From: a virus
Lineage: Duplodnaviria; Caudoviricetes
Direction: 5' to 3' (one strand)
DNA: 64,000 nucleotides
Virus record (IMG/VR): IMGVR_UViG_3300013121_000023
Span: 32,001-96,000 of that record
In this document: piece after piece, positions 38,330 through 48,249 of the stretch
Position numbering within the stretch: position 1 is the stretch's first letter
How the letters are laid out: each line of letters begins with the position of its first letter
Notes under the pieces: model-generated
What the model was told of the DNA's origin: nothing
Database searches by the model: none
What the model saw: the letters and a program-made list of their open reading frames with translations, nothing else
Program-made: the position numbers and the translations under genes

Positions 38330-39141
38330 CTACGATCGCTATCGAAAAGATTGCCAGAGATTCTTTTTACGCCGAGCTGACCAAAATAGCTCAGGACCAT
38401 AACGACGACTCAGTTATCAAGATTGCATCCATGCTTGATGCTGATTCTGTCGAAAGTCTCATCAAGCAGGCTTTTTTTGGTCAAGCTGCAAGTGGTCTCA
38501 AAAATGTAGCTTCGAGAGCAGGTGGTCTTTGGGACAATGCTAAGTCATGGCTACAGAGGGGTGCTTCGGCCGTTAGAGGCAACCCAGCCGTTCCAATGGA
38601 AAGCGCATTCAGCCAGTATGTTAAAGACCCACTTGCGGCAGCTGGTAGAAGCATGGGTGAGAGTATCGGTCATCTTAGAAGAGGTGACCAGCTAGCCCCT
38701 GAAATGAAGCAGCTAGGTAATAGAGTTACGCGCATAGAGAGCAATCCAGCCGCTACTTTGCAGCATGTATTCCCAGGTACGTTGGCAGACAGAAAGAATC
38801 TTCTAGATTCTGGGCTAGCCGGAATACGAGCTGATTTGGCAAGAGCTGGTGTTCATCTGCCTGATGCTAGTGGAGCTTACAACGTAGGCGCACCAGGTAA
38901 CAGGAGAGTAACTTCGCACGATACAGGTTATCCTGTAGACCAGCTTTTGCAGCGCCACGGACACGTAGTTCCAAGTAGCGCTTACGCTGCTGGTTTGAAC
39001 GCAGACATGCCAAATATAATTCATCAAGCTGGACTCAGAAGTGCACCCAAAACAGTTCCAGGGTATGAGTCTCCTCTTCCTCCAGGGTTGCTAGCGCAAA
39101 TGCAGCAAACACCGAGAGAAGAGTGGGGTAGATATTTTTGA
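38326..39141 (+). CDS. Putative virion-internal protein (K-x-A motif)
   Basis: IEKIA, SFYAELTKIA, VIKIA, LIKQA. Confidence 0.65.
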   Translation: MTTIAIEKIARDSFYAELTKIAQDHNDDSVIKIASMLDADSVESLIKQAFFGQAASGLKNVASRAGGLWDNAKSWLQRGASAVRGNPAVPMESAFSQYVKDPLAAAGRSMGESIGHLRRGDQLAPEMKQLGNRVTRIESNPAATLQHVFPGTLADRKNLLDSGLAGIRADLARAGVHLPDASGAYNVGAPGNRRVTSHDTGYPVDQLLQRHGHVVPSSAYAAGLNADMPNIIHQAGLRSAPKTVPGYESPLPPGLLAQMQQTPREEWGRYF

Positions 39142-39165
39142 TGTTAGACACAGCGGTTTACTCCC

Positions 39166-39855
39166 ATGGCTTCAGGTGGCGTTATGGTTACTAAGGCAGC
39201 AACGGTACTAACTCAGGATGCTAGGGATGATCTTAAAAAGAGGGAGTTTGCTATACCTTCTAGAAGGGCATATCCCATACATGATGAGACACATGCTAGG
39301 GCTGCCCTTTCCATGGTAGCCAAGCATGGGACACCTGAAGAAAAGTCTCAGGTGCATGCCGCAGTAGCAAAGAAGTACCCAGGACTAGCTGCCAGGTCTT
39401 CTGTAGAGGATGTACGTGAGAAGGTGAAGAGGGCCAACATGATGAATGGCGGTTCTTATGGACCTTCTCACGATGCTACGGGCCTTGGCAGCAGTGGACC
39501 AAAGATGTCTGCTACTGTAAATCCATCGAATATAAGCGTCGCTTCACCTCCTAAAGTGGCTTCAGTTCTTGCCGAAAACATGGCTAAAGGACTGACTGCT
39601 CTAAAAGGAGGCGGTAGGGGCGTTCTAGAGCATTTGGATAGAAATGCCATCAACTACGACCTTGCTGGTCTTGGTATGCTGGCAGCGCTGCCTGTAGATG
39701 AGATACAGGCTAAGCTGAGAACGGCGCAGGGGGAAGATCCTGAACAGCATAGGTTCCTTCACGATGCTGCTCATCCAGCAGTGGATTTCGCTGGGCTTGC
39801 TACGCTGGCAGCCCCTGGAATAGCCACTAAACTACTTGGTAAAGCAGGTCATTTA
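39166..39855 (+). CDS. Putative virion-internal protein with DUF6582-like domain (ends at TTA 39853-39855; 39876 standard)
   Basis: LTQDARDDL...FAIPSRRAYPIHDETHARAAL; TKAA, KRA, KVA; TTATG overlap. Confidence 0.6.
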
Positions 39856-40400
39856 TGTACGAAAGAGCTAAGCTAGCTACAGTAGATGACCTAGAGAGAG
39901 CGTCTAGGGCAGCCGAAAAGCTAGAAGACATACAAAAGTCAAAGCCTTCTATAAGTGAGATGGCTTCTTTTGCAGGTCTTGGTGGTGGAGCTAACTTGGC
40001 TTCTGACGTGCTCGGATCTTTGATGAGCGGAAGAGAGCTGTTTGAGCCACCTATGAGAGGCGGGCAGCCCATACATAAATCACCAGCTGTTGGCAGGCTC
40101 AGAACAGCTGCTACCGCTGCCGGCAAAGGTATGATTATGTCGGCGGCAGTTCCTCTTCTGCAAGATGCGATAAAGAGAAAATCCGCTGAGATAAAACTCA
40201 GAGAAGCTCTGGACGCATACAAAGATCAAATGACAGAGCAACCTGCTAAGTTGGGGTTCTCTCCAGCTACACAGCTAAGTAAGAGTCAGCGTATGCCGCT
40301 CAAGGGCGGTGCAGTTGGCCCCAGTATATCCGAGCAGTTCAAACCAAAAGGACTCGGTACTGGCAAGCCTATGACGATAGCCACCAACACAACGGATTAA
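39855..40400 (+). CDS. Putative virion-internal protein (K-x-A/G motif)
   Basis: AKLA, AKLG; Gly/Ala-rich. Confidence 0.6.
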   Translation: MYERAKLATVDDLERASRAAEKLEDIQKSKPSISEMASFAGLGGGANLASDVLGSLMSGRELFEPPMRGGQPIHKSPAVGRLRTAATAAGKGMIMSAAVPLLQDAIKRKSAEIKLREALDAYKDQMTEQPAKLGFSPATQLSKSQRMPLKGGAVGPSISEQFKPKGLGTGKPMTIATNTTD

Positions 40401-40403
40401 GTC

Positions 40404-42026
40404 ATGCGCAACAAGTTTAAGCTCGCCCTTGAGAAACTGGCCCTGAGCTACGACCCGTTCAACGTTCAGTACACGCCTGAACAGGAAGCGGCTCATGCTG
40501 CTAGACAACAGCATATACAGCAAAAGATGCAAGAGTCCGCATCTTCTCAAGCTAAACAGCTGGGTATGCGTACCGGTGCATTCAAGCAGATGGTTGTCGG
40601 AAATGTGTATGCACCACCGCAATCGCAGCCCGCTACTCCGCAGCGAAGTGTTGCCCCTACAATAGCTATGACGCAGCAGATGCCAGCGCAGAGTGCCCCT
40701 ACTTTGGTTGGTTCTCCTGTTGGTCACACGCAGATGCCGACCAACCCTGGCTCTCCCAGGATGACTCAGGCGGCTCCCGCGCAGGTAAAACCTTCTGCGG
40801 TACCTCTAGGTTATGACCCCAACCAAAAGGGTCCGATTGGTAGGGCAACAGGTGGCACTGCTAACAATCCGCAGCAACCGGTTGCTACCCCACAAAGAGC
40901 GCCTGCTGCGGCTAATACTGCCGCCACAGCAGTACAACAGCCTCCAGTAGCAAGACCTGCTGCCAATACAGCTGCTACAGCAGTACAGCCAGTACCCTCA
41001 GCTGGGGCTGCAACGCCTACTATGCAAAGCCCAGTAGCTCAACCACAGTCTACTGCACCGCCTGCCTCTTCAAATAGGACGGCTAGGGGTACAGTTATGA
41101 TGCAGGCTGCGCAACCCCCATCACCCGCTCCTGCCCCTACTCCCGTTGCAAAGCCTATGGGTCGCGGCGGCACGATGATGATGTCGGCTATGGCGCCCCC
41201 TACTATGAGGTCCAAGTTTGCGGAAGCTCTTAGTAAAATAGCTGGCTGGTTGCCACATCCTTTTGTACTTCATTCTACCCCAGACCAGTTGGAGGCGTTC
41301 TTGGTAGATATGGGCAGTGGTAAGACGCCCACTCTTCTACCAGGTATGTCTGCGTCAATGACGCCCGAAGAAATGGCAACTATTAGGGGTGACGCAAAAA
41401 GATTTCATATCCAAAACAAAGTGAGAGATATAAGAGCAAGTCAGCCGGCAGTTGCACAGATGTCAGCCCCACGTACAGAAAGCACTGGTAGAAACCTTGG
41501 TGCGGTGGACCTGGCTAAAGCAAATGCAGAAACAGTACAAACACAACCGTCTGTACCGCCACCACCGCAGTCGATGACGGCTTCGGGCATTAAACCGCCG
41601 GCTAGGGTGTTTAAACCGAATTTGAGTGTACCAGCTAGTCAGGCTGCTCCACCTGCCAGGGCTCCTATGATGGACCCTAGATTGCTTGCCATGAGATCTC
41701 CTACAAGCGTGAAGGTTGGTTCTGACTTGAGCACCAATGATAAGTGTGTAGCCGGTACACAACCTACTGGTAACGAACACCCCAATCCCCTACCAGACAC
41801 TCAGCAGAACTACAGCAAAACACGCTTGTTTAGCAACAGCGTAGAAGATGCTGGAGATGAGCTAATCAAGAAGCGTTTGCGTGAGATGTTTAGTAACGCG
41901 GACGAATCAAAGGCTCATGACGAAGACGTACTTAAGCACTACTTCCCAGATATTGATTCCGGTAAGTATGTACGTAGGTCTCGTAGTTTGTTTGAGGCTG
42001 TCGGTCACGTAATGCCGAAGCCTTTA
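40404..42026 (+). CDS. Pro/Ala/Gln-rich putative virion-internal protein, 540 aa (ends at TTA 42024-42026)
   Basis: Repeated MRNKFKLALEKLA / MRSKFAEALSKIA; the only in-frame TTA precedes the next promoter core and RBS. Confidence 0.6.
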
Positions 42027-42056
42027 TCTGTTATAAGAGCGTCAAGGAGGCATGTC

Positions 42057-42827
42057 ATGGATGATGAGCATCAAGCGCCACTAGACGCTTTTCTGAGCAA
42101 ACAACAGAGCCATCATAGTAAAGGTCACGAGCTTCATAAGCAGTGGGTTTCGTCTGGCCATAAACCAGAGTTCTTTGACCCACTGCTGAATCATTACAAA
42201 AAAGTAGAAGACCAACTGGTAGCTAAGTATAGAAAACCTAATGTGCCTGAATCAGCAATGAGAGAGCATTATCGCTCCCTAGCCTATCAGGCAGCAAAGG
42301 GTTTCGACCCCAACAGAGGGATCAATCTGGAAACCGTGCTACACCACCACGGTAAAGGTTTGTACAGATTTTCTAATCAGCACAACGATATGCTCAGGAA
42401 AGTAGAAGAAAATGAAAGGCTTGTTGGACCAGTCCAGCAGGCCATTCAGTTCTTCCAGAATGAGCGCGGCAGAGAGCCTACGGCACATGAGTTGGCGACC
42501 CACCTTGGCAAACCAGTACGCCAGGTTATGCGCGCCATGAAGGACGCTACCAGACGAGAGGTGGCTGCTTCTGCCTTTGAGCAAGACCCGATGGAGAGGG
42601 TGCCATCTCGGTTCTTTGAAGTTGAGGAGTTGGTTCGCATGTCGAATCCTCCCCTTCTCAACGAGAGAGAAATGGCGCTGATGAATCATCTGACAGGGCA
42701 CGGATTTGAATCACCTATCCAGCAAACGGGCGCTATAGCCAAGTCAATGGGCATTACAGATTCGGCTGTATCTAAACTTAGAAAAGCGCTACAAAAGAAG
42801 ATAGATAGGTTCGGCTCCGACGAATGA
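42057..42827 (+). CDS. RNA polymerase sigma factor, sigma70 family (FliA/SigB-like)
   Basis: AAKGFDPNRGINLET (region 2), RGREPTAHELATHLG (region 3), LNERE...IAKSMGITDSAVSKL (region 4); AAGGAGG RBS 42044-42050; GTTATAAGAGC promoter core at 42030. Confidence 0.8.
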   Translation: MDDEHQAPLDAFLSKQQSHHSKGHELHKQWVSSGHKPEFFDPLLNHYKKVEDQLVAKYRKPNVPESAMREHYRSLAYQAAKGFDPNRGINLETVLHHHGKGLYRFSNQHNDMLRKVEENERLVGPVQQAIQFFQNERGREPTAHELATHLGKPVRQVMRAMKDATRREVAASAFEQDPMERVPSRFFEVEELVRMSNPPLLNEREMALMNHLTGHGFESPIQQTGAIAKSMGITDSAVSKLRKALQKKIDRFGSDE

Positions 42828-42842
42828 TGCTAAACTCGGCTC

Positions 42843-43055
42843 ATGTCGAGCCGAGACGAAAAGCTAAATGAACTGGAAAAAGCCGTAACAGAATGGGCGG
42901 CTAAAACCAGAGATTTGTATAAGAGGCAAGCTTCTCTAGCTAAATCGGTCATAAAAGGCCGAACAGGCTCAGAGAGGCTTGCCTCTTCTGCATTGGACAA
43001 GACAGAAAAAATTGTTCTGGACGAACTAGACGAATTGTTTATATCTTCCGACTTA
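42843..43055 (+). CDS. Hypothetical protein (ends at TTA 43053-43055; 43127 standard)
   Basis: TTATG overlap removes a 24-codon run-on. Confidence 0.6.
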
Positions 43056-43342
43056 TGGACAAACTGTCTACAGAAGATCTACTTCGTCTTCAAAACGCCC
43101 AACTTCGCGTTCAAAACGCTGAATTGACTCTGAACATCGCCAAGAATGCTCACGAAAGCGAGTGCGAGCAGTTGAAGGCAGTTGCTACTGAGTTGGCTAG
43201 TAAATATGGGTTTTCTTGGGAAAAGGTTAGAATAGATGGCAAAACAGGTGCTCTGATGAGCATCCAACCGCCTATCAGGGATATAAAAAGCGTCTTGGCT
43301 CCACATATCCCCCCAAAGGCAGATAGCGAACCGGCACAATGA
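43055..43342 (+). CDS. Small coiled-coil protein
   Basis: Coupled ORF. Confidence 0.6.
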   Translation: MDKLSTEDLLRLQNAQLRVQNAELTLNIAKNAHESECEQLKAVATELASKYGFSWEKVRIDGKTGALMSIQPPIRDIKSVLAPHIPPKADSEPAQ

Positions 43343-44292
43343 CAGCTGCGCTCACCACCCTGGGAAACAGAGTAGACCTTGTTCTTTACCTACCCGATGA
43401 AGATTGGGCAGGTAAATACAACGCTATAGAAGTTCAGCGGTCCAGATACGGTAACGGTTTGTATGAGTCGCTGCATGGCAGCACTTACACATCACCGTCC
43501 TTCAAGACTACACTGACTTCGAATAATGTGTCGGGTAAGTATCTTGAACTTCTTGTTGATGAGACACATAAAGTATCTCTCACATTTACAGGTACCAACC
43601 CACTGACTGTTTCTCAGATGGTGAGCCAGGTGAATACTGCTGGCGCTGGCTTGGTTACAGCGTCTGCCATAGATTCATCTACTTTTGAGGTGAAAGCCAA
43701 CAACGTAGGCATGAATACCACCATGCGAGTAAACGGCGGTGAGGCTGCCGCTCTACTAGGGCTCCCTCTTGAAGAACCGGACTCTTTGGCTTTTGGTAAA
43801 GATCTGTATAAAACAGTATCTACCAAAACTGAAGTTGTAGATCTGTACGGTGGTAGATCTACAACAACATATCGGTTCAGATATGTAAACACTTTGGATG
43901 GCTCTTTCAGTGAATGGTCACAAGATATTACTAAATCCAACTCTAAAAAAGCCATGGATAACCTAGTGGTAGGTTATCTGAAAGCTATTGATGGGTTTGG
44001 TAGACCCATAGCCAATAACCCTATTATCATAGAAACATTTACGGCTTCTACGTCTCATTACGATATTTCTAATGGTAGAGAGCGATTTGTTACAGATGAA
44101 GATGGTAATTTCGAAACTACGTTCATAAAAGGCAGTAGAGCGCATATAGCTGTAACTGGAACTGACATAGTTAGAATGATTTTGGTACCGAGCGACATAG
44201 ATAGATTCGATCTGCTTAGCCCGGATTATAGTGTTGATAGCGATAGGTTCAGTGTCGCGAAAGCACCAAGGGACTATGCCCAAAGAAGATAG
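43339..44292 (+). CDS. Putative virion structural protein
   Basis: Beta-rich, Thr/Ser/Gly-rich; T.SQ.V..VN motif shared with the baseplate proteins in this window. Confidence 0.6.
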   Translation: MTAALTTLGNRVDLVLYLPDEDWAGKYNAIEVQRSRYGNGLYESLHGSTYTSPSFKTTLTSNNVSGKYLELLVDETHKVSLTFTGTNPLTVSQMVSQVNTAGAGLVTASAIDSSTFEVKANNVGMNTTMRVNGGEAAALLGLPLEEPDSLAFGKDLYKTVSTKTEVVDLYGGRSTTTYRFRYVNTLDGSFSEWSQDITKSNSKKAMDNLVVGYLKAIDGFGRPIANNPIIIETFTASTSHYDISNGRERFVTDEDGNFETTFIKGSRAHIAVTGTDIVRMILVPSDIDRFDLLSPDYSVDSDRFSVAKAPRDYAQRR

Positions 44293-44512
44293 ATCTAGTG
44301 TATGGCTGGTTTACACTTCCGATGTAGGGGGACGTGTAACTAAAGAACGTACTTGGTGCAAAGGACTGAACTTGCACACGTTCATAGCCGAAAACAGACT
44401 CGATGATTTGCTAAAGACCTGTGTACCGCATCTTCATGACGGAAGAAAGCTGGTCATGGCGTATGAGCTTAACCCATACGATACCGTTACAATGGTTCGA
44501 GTGAGGTGGTTA
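44276..44512 (+). CDS. Small hypothetical protein (ends at TTA 44510-44512; 44560 standard)
   Basis: TTATG overlap with next gene. Confidence 0.55.
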
Positions 44513-45384
44513 TGGCATCCTATGAACCAGTTGACGTTTTCGTACTTGAGAAGCACGTAAACACAGCCCTAACCAACGTTCTGGTTAGGGTGCTGTCCAA
44601 CGGCGCTTTCTATACGGAAGCTACTACAGACGTGGATGGCAAAGTTTCTTTTTTGCTACCGAGTAACCAAACCTTTGAGTTGAGGTTCGGTAAGAGCCAG
44701 GTAACCTTTGTAAATCCGCTGTTTATAGAGGTACTGGAAAACGTAACTAACTCATTCGAGGTCTTTGGTGTTTCTTGGGTACGACCTATAGCGGCAGACC
44801 CAGATTTTTGTAGGGTTTCTGGTTACTTCATAGGCGCTGACGGTAAGCCTGCGTCTGGCGCTGTCATACATGTAAATGTCAAGTACCTTCCTTTGCTACT
44901 GCGAGACAAGTATGTAATGAAGGGTATTACTGCTGTCACAGATAAAAACGGGTATGCCGAATTTGATTTGATTCGGTGTGCTTATTTTGATGTGACTGTA
45001 TCTGGTGCGTCGGATATGGTTAGGCATATATCCGTACCAGATGCGCCCAGTTGTAACCTACCAGATTTGCTTTTCCCCAAGATTGCCAAGGTCATTCTTG
45101 ACCCTGTATCTTTGGGCATTTCTGTTGGTTCTGAGGCCGATTTCACTCCTACAGTGCAAACTACTGACGGCCGAATACTGCCCGGTACTGCACAGGATGA
45201 TGTGCAATGGTCGATAGCAGACACAGGGATAGCTGTCATATCAGCTCTGACAGACACGCTACTAAAGGTAAAGGGAATAGCCGCTGGCACGACCTCGATA
45301 ATCGCCAAGAGGAGGGACGAGACAGTGGTGGCCTACCCAATTCAATCCGTGACCATAGTGGGAGGGGGGATAATAGTGACATAA
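44512..45384 (+). CDS. Ig-like / carboxypeptidase-regulatory-like domain virion protein
   Basis: ATTDVDGKVSF, AVTDKNGYAEF, VQWSIADTGIA...VKGIAAGTTSI (Big_2-like). Confidence 0.65.
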   Translation: MASYEPVDVFVLEKHVNTALTNVLVRVLSNGAFYTEATTDVDGKVSFLLPSNQTFELRFGKSQVTFVNPLFIEVLENVTNSFEVFGVSWVRPIAADPDFCRVSGYFIGADGKPASGAVIHVNVKYLPLLLRDKYVMKGITAVTDKNGYAEFDLIRCAYFDVTVSGASDMVRHISVPDAPSCNLPDLLFPKIAKVILDPVSLGISVGSEADFTPTVQTTDGRILPGTAQDDVQWSIADTGIAVISALTDTLLKVKGIAAGTTSIIAKRRDETVVAYPIQSVTIVGGGIIVT

Positions 45385-45806
45385 ATGGGGATGGTTGGAG
45401 GCTGCTACTTTTCGAGATATTGAGAAGAGCGGTTTATGATTGGGTTCTTTACCGAACGAATAAAAGCCAGAAGAAACGAAAGGTAGCAGCTGCTGCCTTT
45501 CAATGGCTATTTAAAGAAGAGCCTGGACATCCAGCGTATGATGAGGAAGTGAGAAATGGCACAGAGATCACTTCCTTTCTGTCTATTTGTGACGCCCTCG
45601 ATATGGCGCCATCTGCTGTTCGTAGAGACGTATCTAAACTAGTAGCAAAAGACATACTTAACGCAGGCAGACCTCCTGAACATAGGAAAATAAAGGAAGA
45701 GTCTGTTGGCGATTTCGATTCGGCGCTGCTTAGATATCTAGTTGAGACACACAGAGACTACGCCATCGTTGTTGATGAAGACGAAGCTTCAGTAAAAGAC
45801 ATTTTA
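45207..45806 (+). CDS. Conserved phage hypothetical protein, start uncertain (ends at TTA 45804-45806)
   Basis: EILRRAVYDW...AFQWLF...SFLSICDALDMAPSAVR. Confidence 0.55.
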
Positions 45807-45826
45807 TTTATGGTATAAGAGCTGTG

Positions 45827-46549
45827 ATGAACAGCTCTTTGTCCGCTTTCGTAGCAATGAGAGCGTATGAGCGAATCATCAGATGTGGTTGGCTTTCCAA
45901 TGGTATGGACGCCGTTGACGCCAACGGTAGGTTCGTAGAAGCATCTGATGAAAGTGCTGTGAAGTGGAGTTACCACGGTGCGCTCTCAAAGGAGTGTTGT
46001 GACCTAGGATTGTCCTCTATGGAGGTATTTAACTTCCTAGGGGCGTTCTTGAAAGAAGATGTAGACGACGCTGGTCTACGATGGAGTGGGAGGTGGAGGC
46101 TAGCAAATGCCGAGGACAAGGCGGATACTGTATACATACACATATTCGTTTATAGGATACTGTTTTTGGCTGTCGATGCAGCCAGTTTGGAGGTAAGCGT
46201 GGATAAGGAAAGAGAAAGGGCTTCTGAGATAATCAGAGGAATGTTTCGTCTATTTGCGGAGGACGAAGCGCTATGGTGCCGAGATGGAGCAGTTGCTAGG
46301 GATTTCTCTGGTAGAGGAACCTGCCCCAAGAGCGCGGCATCTTGGAGTGTACTGGGAGCCCTGTGGCTCTTTGACCAGTGCAGCAGTGACGTTCTATCTC
46401 CAGCTGGGTGGATGGCCTACCACGCGCTGCGTGGAGAGGGCCCAACGGCGCAACCCAATTCCCCACCAGTTGGGGACATAGATCGCTACCTGACTTACGA
46501 AGGCCTGTTGGCCTATCTTATTGAAGCAATAGATAGGATAGAGCAATGA
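45827..46549 (+). CDS. Tandem DUF6197-like domain protein, probably leaderless
   Basis: Two repeats of W...A.D..GR.......A..WS..GAL; ATG 7 nt after GGTATAAG (45812-45819). Confidence 0.55.
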   Translation: MNSSLSAFVAMRAYERIIRCGWLSNGMDAVDANGRFVEASDESAVKWSYHGALSKECCDLGLSSMEVFNFLGAFLKEDVDDAGLRWSGRWRLANAEDKADTVYIHIFVYRILFLAVDAASLEVSVDKERERASEIIRGMFRLFAEDEALWCRDGAVARDFSGRGTCPKSAASWSVLGALWLFDQCSSDVLSPAGWMAYHALRGEGPTAQPNSPPVGDIDRYLTYEGLLAYLIEAIDRIEQ

Positions 46550-46875
46550 TTCTTCAGACTCCGATTACATCAAAAAACAATACCGTAGTACTGATATACA
46601 TACCTAGAACATTCAAAGACTGGCAGTTGTACGACAAAACAGGTTCTGCTAAATTGGCACATAGTTTGTACAAAGGTACGGTTACTTTCTATACGCAATG
46701 CCTTAATAAAGCTGAAAGGGTTAACGGTGTATCCAAGAAAGAAGTAGAAAACATGGCAGCTAAATACATTTTGAAGAAAATGGAAAAAGGTGCAGATCTT
46801 GGAGCAATGGACACAGAGCCTCTGTGTGTGCTGAATAGCATTCTATCTGATGCTTTGAAGCGTTTTGTAATCTGA
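46546..46875 (+). CDS. Hypothetical protein
   Basis: ATGA-coupled. Confidence 0.6.
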   Translation: MILQTPITSKNNTVVLIYIPRTFKDWQLYDKTGSAKLAHSLYKGTVTFYTQCLNKAERVNGVSKKEVENMAAKYILKKMEKGADLGAMDTEPLCVLNSILSDALKRFVI

Positions 46876-46884
46876 GGAGACGCC

Positions 46885-47556
46885 ATGAAAGTGATACTCA
46901 TCTGTGGAGCCGCCAGGTCTGGAAAAGATACGGCTGCTGATGCCATAATCCAAAACCAGACTAAATACAACGTGATAAAAATAGCACTGGCAGATCCCAT
47001 CAAGAGAATGGCCGCCGAAATATATGGTTGGCCGGTTGAATACGTATGGGAGAAGAAGGACGATCCAGACCCAGCTGGCCGAGTACTACCAGATGGGACA
47101 ATCCTTACTGGTAGAAAGGCTCTACAGATACTTGGTACTGAGGGGGCCAAGACAGTATACAAAGACGTATGGTCTGAGTACTTGAGTCGAAGTATATACG
47201 AACTGTCAAAACCAATGGTTGTCAACGGCGCATTTCTATATAAGCAGTACGACAAGTACAGAGGCATCCAGAAGTATCACTATGCTGAGCATGTTAAAGA
47301 GCCGATATTCATAGTGTCTGATGTACGTTATTTTGATGAGTACAAATACCTATCAGAACGGTTTACCGTATGCGTCCTTGAGATAAAGAGAAAGAAGAGA
47401 AAGAGCACCACAATAAATGGTGTAGCTGGTCATTCAAGTGAGAACTTGGATTGGCTGGAAACCGTAGAGAGGGTAACTATCAATAACAACGGCACAAAAA
47501 GTGATTTCGAAGAATCAGTTGTAACTACCGTGTCTACTTTCATGAGGTTGACGTGA
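46885..47556 (+). CDS. Deoxynucleoside monophosphate kinase (T4 gp1-like)
   Basis: GAARSGKDT P-loop, LADPIK, RKALQILGTE, SDVRY, HSSE. Confidence 0.88.
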   Translation: MKVILICGAARSGKDTAADAIIQNQTKYNVIKIALADPIKRMAAEIYGWPVEYVWEKKDDPDPAGRVLPDGTILTGRKALQILGTEGAKTVYKDVWSEYLSRSIYELSKPMVVNGAFLYKQYDKYRGIQKYHYAEHVKEPIFIVSDVRYFDEYKYLSERFTVCVLEIKRKKRKSTTINGVAGHSSENLDWLETVERVTINNNGTKSDFEESVVTTVSTFMRLT

Positions 47557-47954
47557 GCGAGAAATATATAACCGTAAATGAAGCTAAAAATAAGCCCGTA
47601 TGGCTAGATGCTTTCTTTGAGAAAAACATAGACAGTTTTTGGCCAGCCATTAAAGTAATCATTGAAGATGTTAAAAACCCTCAGTTGTTTGTTGCGATGT
47701 TGGACAAGATACCGCCGTTGACCGTGGTAGAGATTGGTGAGCCTGGATTCGAAAGCTGTTTCATTGTTAGGCTACCGGTAGGTATTGATCAAAATGGCGC
47801 ATTTGTGTACCAAGTCACATGCTGCCCCAATGCGTGCAACACATTCAACATATCTGAAAATTCCATGAAGGTTTTGTACAGGCACCATAGTTTTCCTGTG
47901 GGAGTCATAAGCGACAGGTTTAAGGATGTCGTCCAACCGCAGACCTGTTCTTGA
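47553..47954 (+). CDS. Hypothetical protein
   Basis: GTGA-coupled. Confidence 0.6.
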   Translation: MSEKYITVNEAKNKPVWLDAFFEKNIDSFWPAIKVIIEDVKNPQLFVAMLDKIPPLTVVEIGEPGFESCFIVRLPVGIDQNGAFVYQVTCCPNACNTFNISENSMKVLYRHHSFPVGVISDRFKDVVQPQTCS

Positions 47955-48168
47955 TGCTGCGCTTGTACGTGTAATAAACAACAATTGCACAATCATGGAA
48001 GTGCTTAGAAGCTTCACCTACGGGGATCATGTAGCCAACTCCTTGATGGTTTTGGCCTACCATGCCGAAGTAGGCATAGAAGGATTCGGAGCATGGGACG
48101 AAAGAGCGAACAGAGAGCAGAGGCTAGAGGTAATAAAAAAGGCTATAGACTCTGATTCTCAATGGTAG
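47926..48168 (+). CDS. Small hypothetical protein
   Basis: Ends just before terminator; WDE...R.EVIKKAI. Confidence 0.55.
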   Translation: MSSNRRPVLDAALVRVINNNCTIMEVLRSFTYGDHVANSLMVLAYHAEVGIEGFGAWDERANREQRLEVIKKAIDSDSQW

Positions 48169-48172
48169 TTAC

Positions 48173-48230
48173 GGTCCCCCGAAAGGGGGACCACCTATTA
48201 TAGCTACTTAGTTGTTTACTTTTTTAGCTA
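48173..48230 (+). terminator. Terminator hairpin with TAGCTAC tails
   Basis: ggtccccc-GAAA-gggggacc; tagctac at 48201 and ttttttagctac at 48220-48231. Confidence 0.8.
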
Positions 48231-48249
48231 CCTGTCGTACATATTTAGC

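Noticed and set aside
40870-41000. Short repeat AANTAATAVQ as a mobile or regulatory DNA repeat
   Set aside because: Low-complexity protein repeat with synonymous divergence
40404-42827. 807-aa constitutive virion protein-sigma factor fusion
   Set aside because: An internal promoter core, a strong RBS and the single TTA at 42024 indicate two genes; kept only as a conditional readthrough hypothesis
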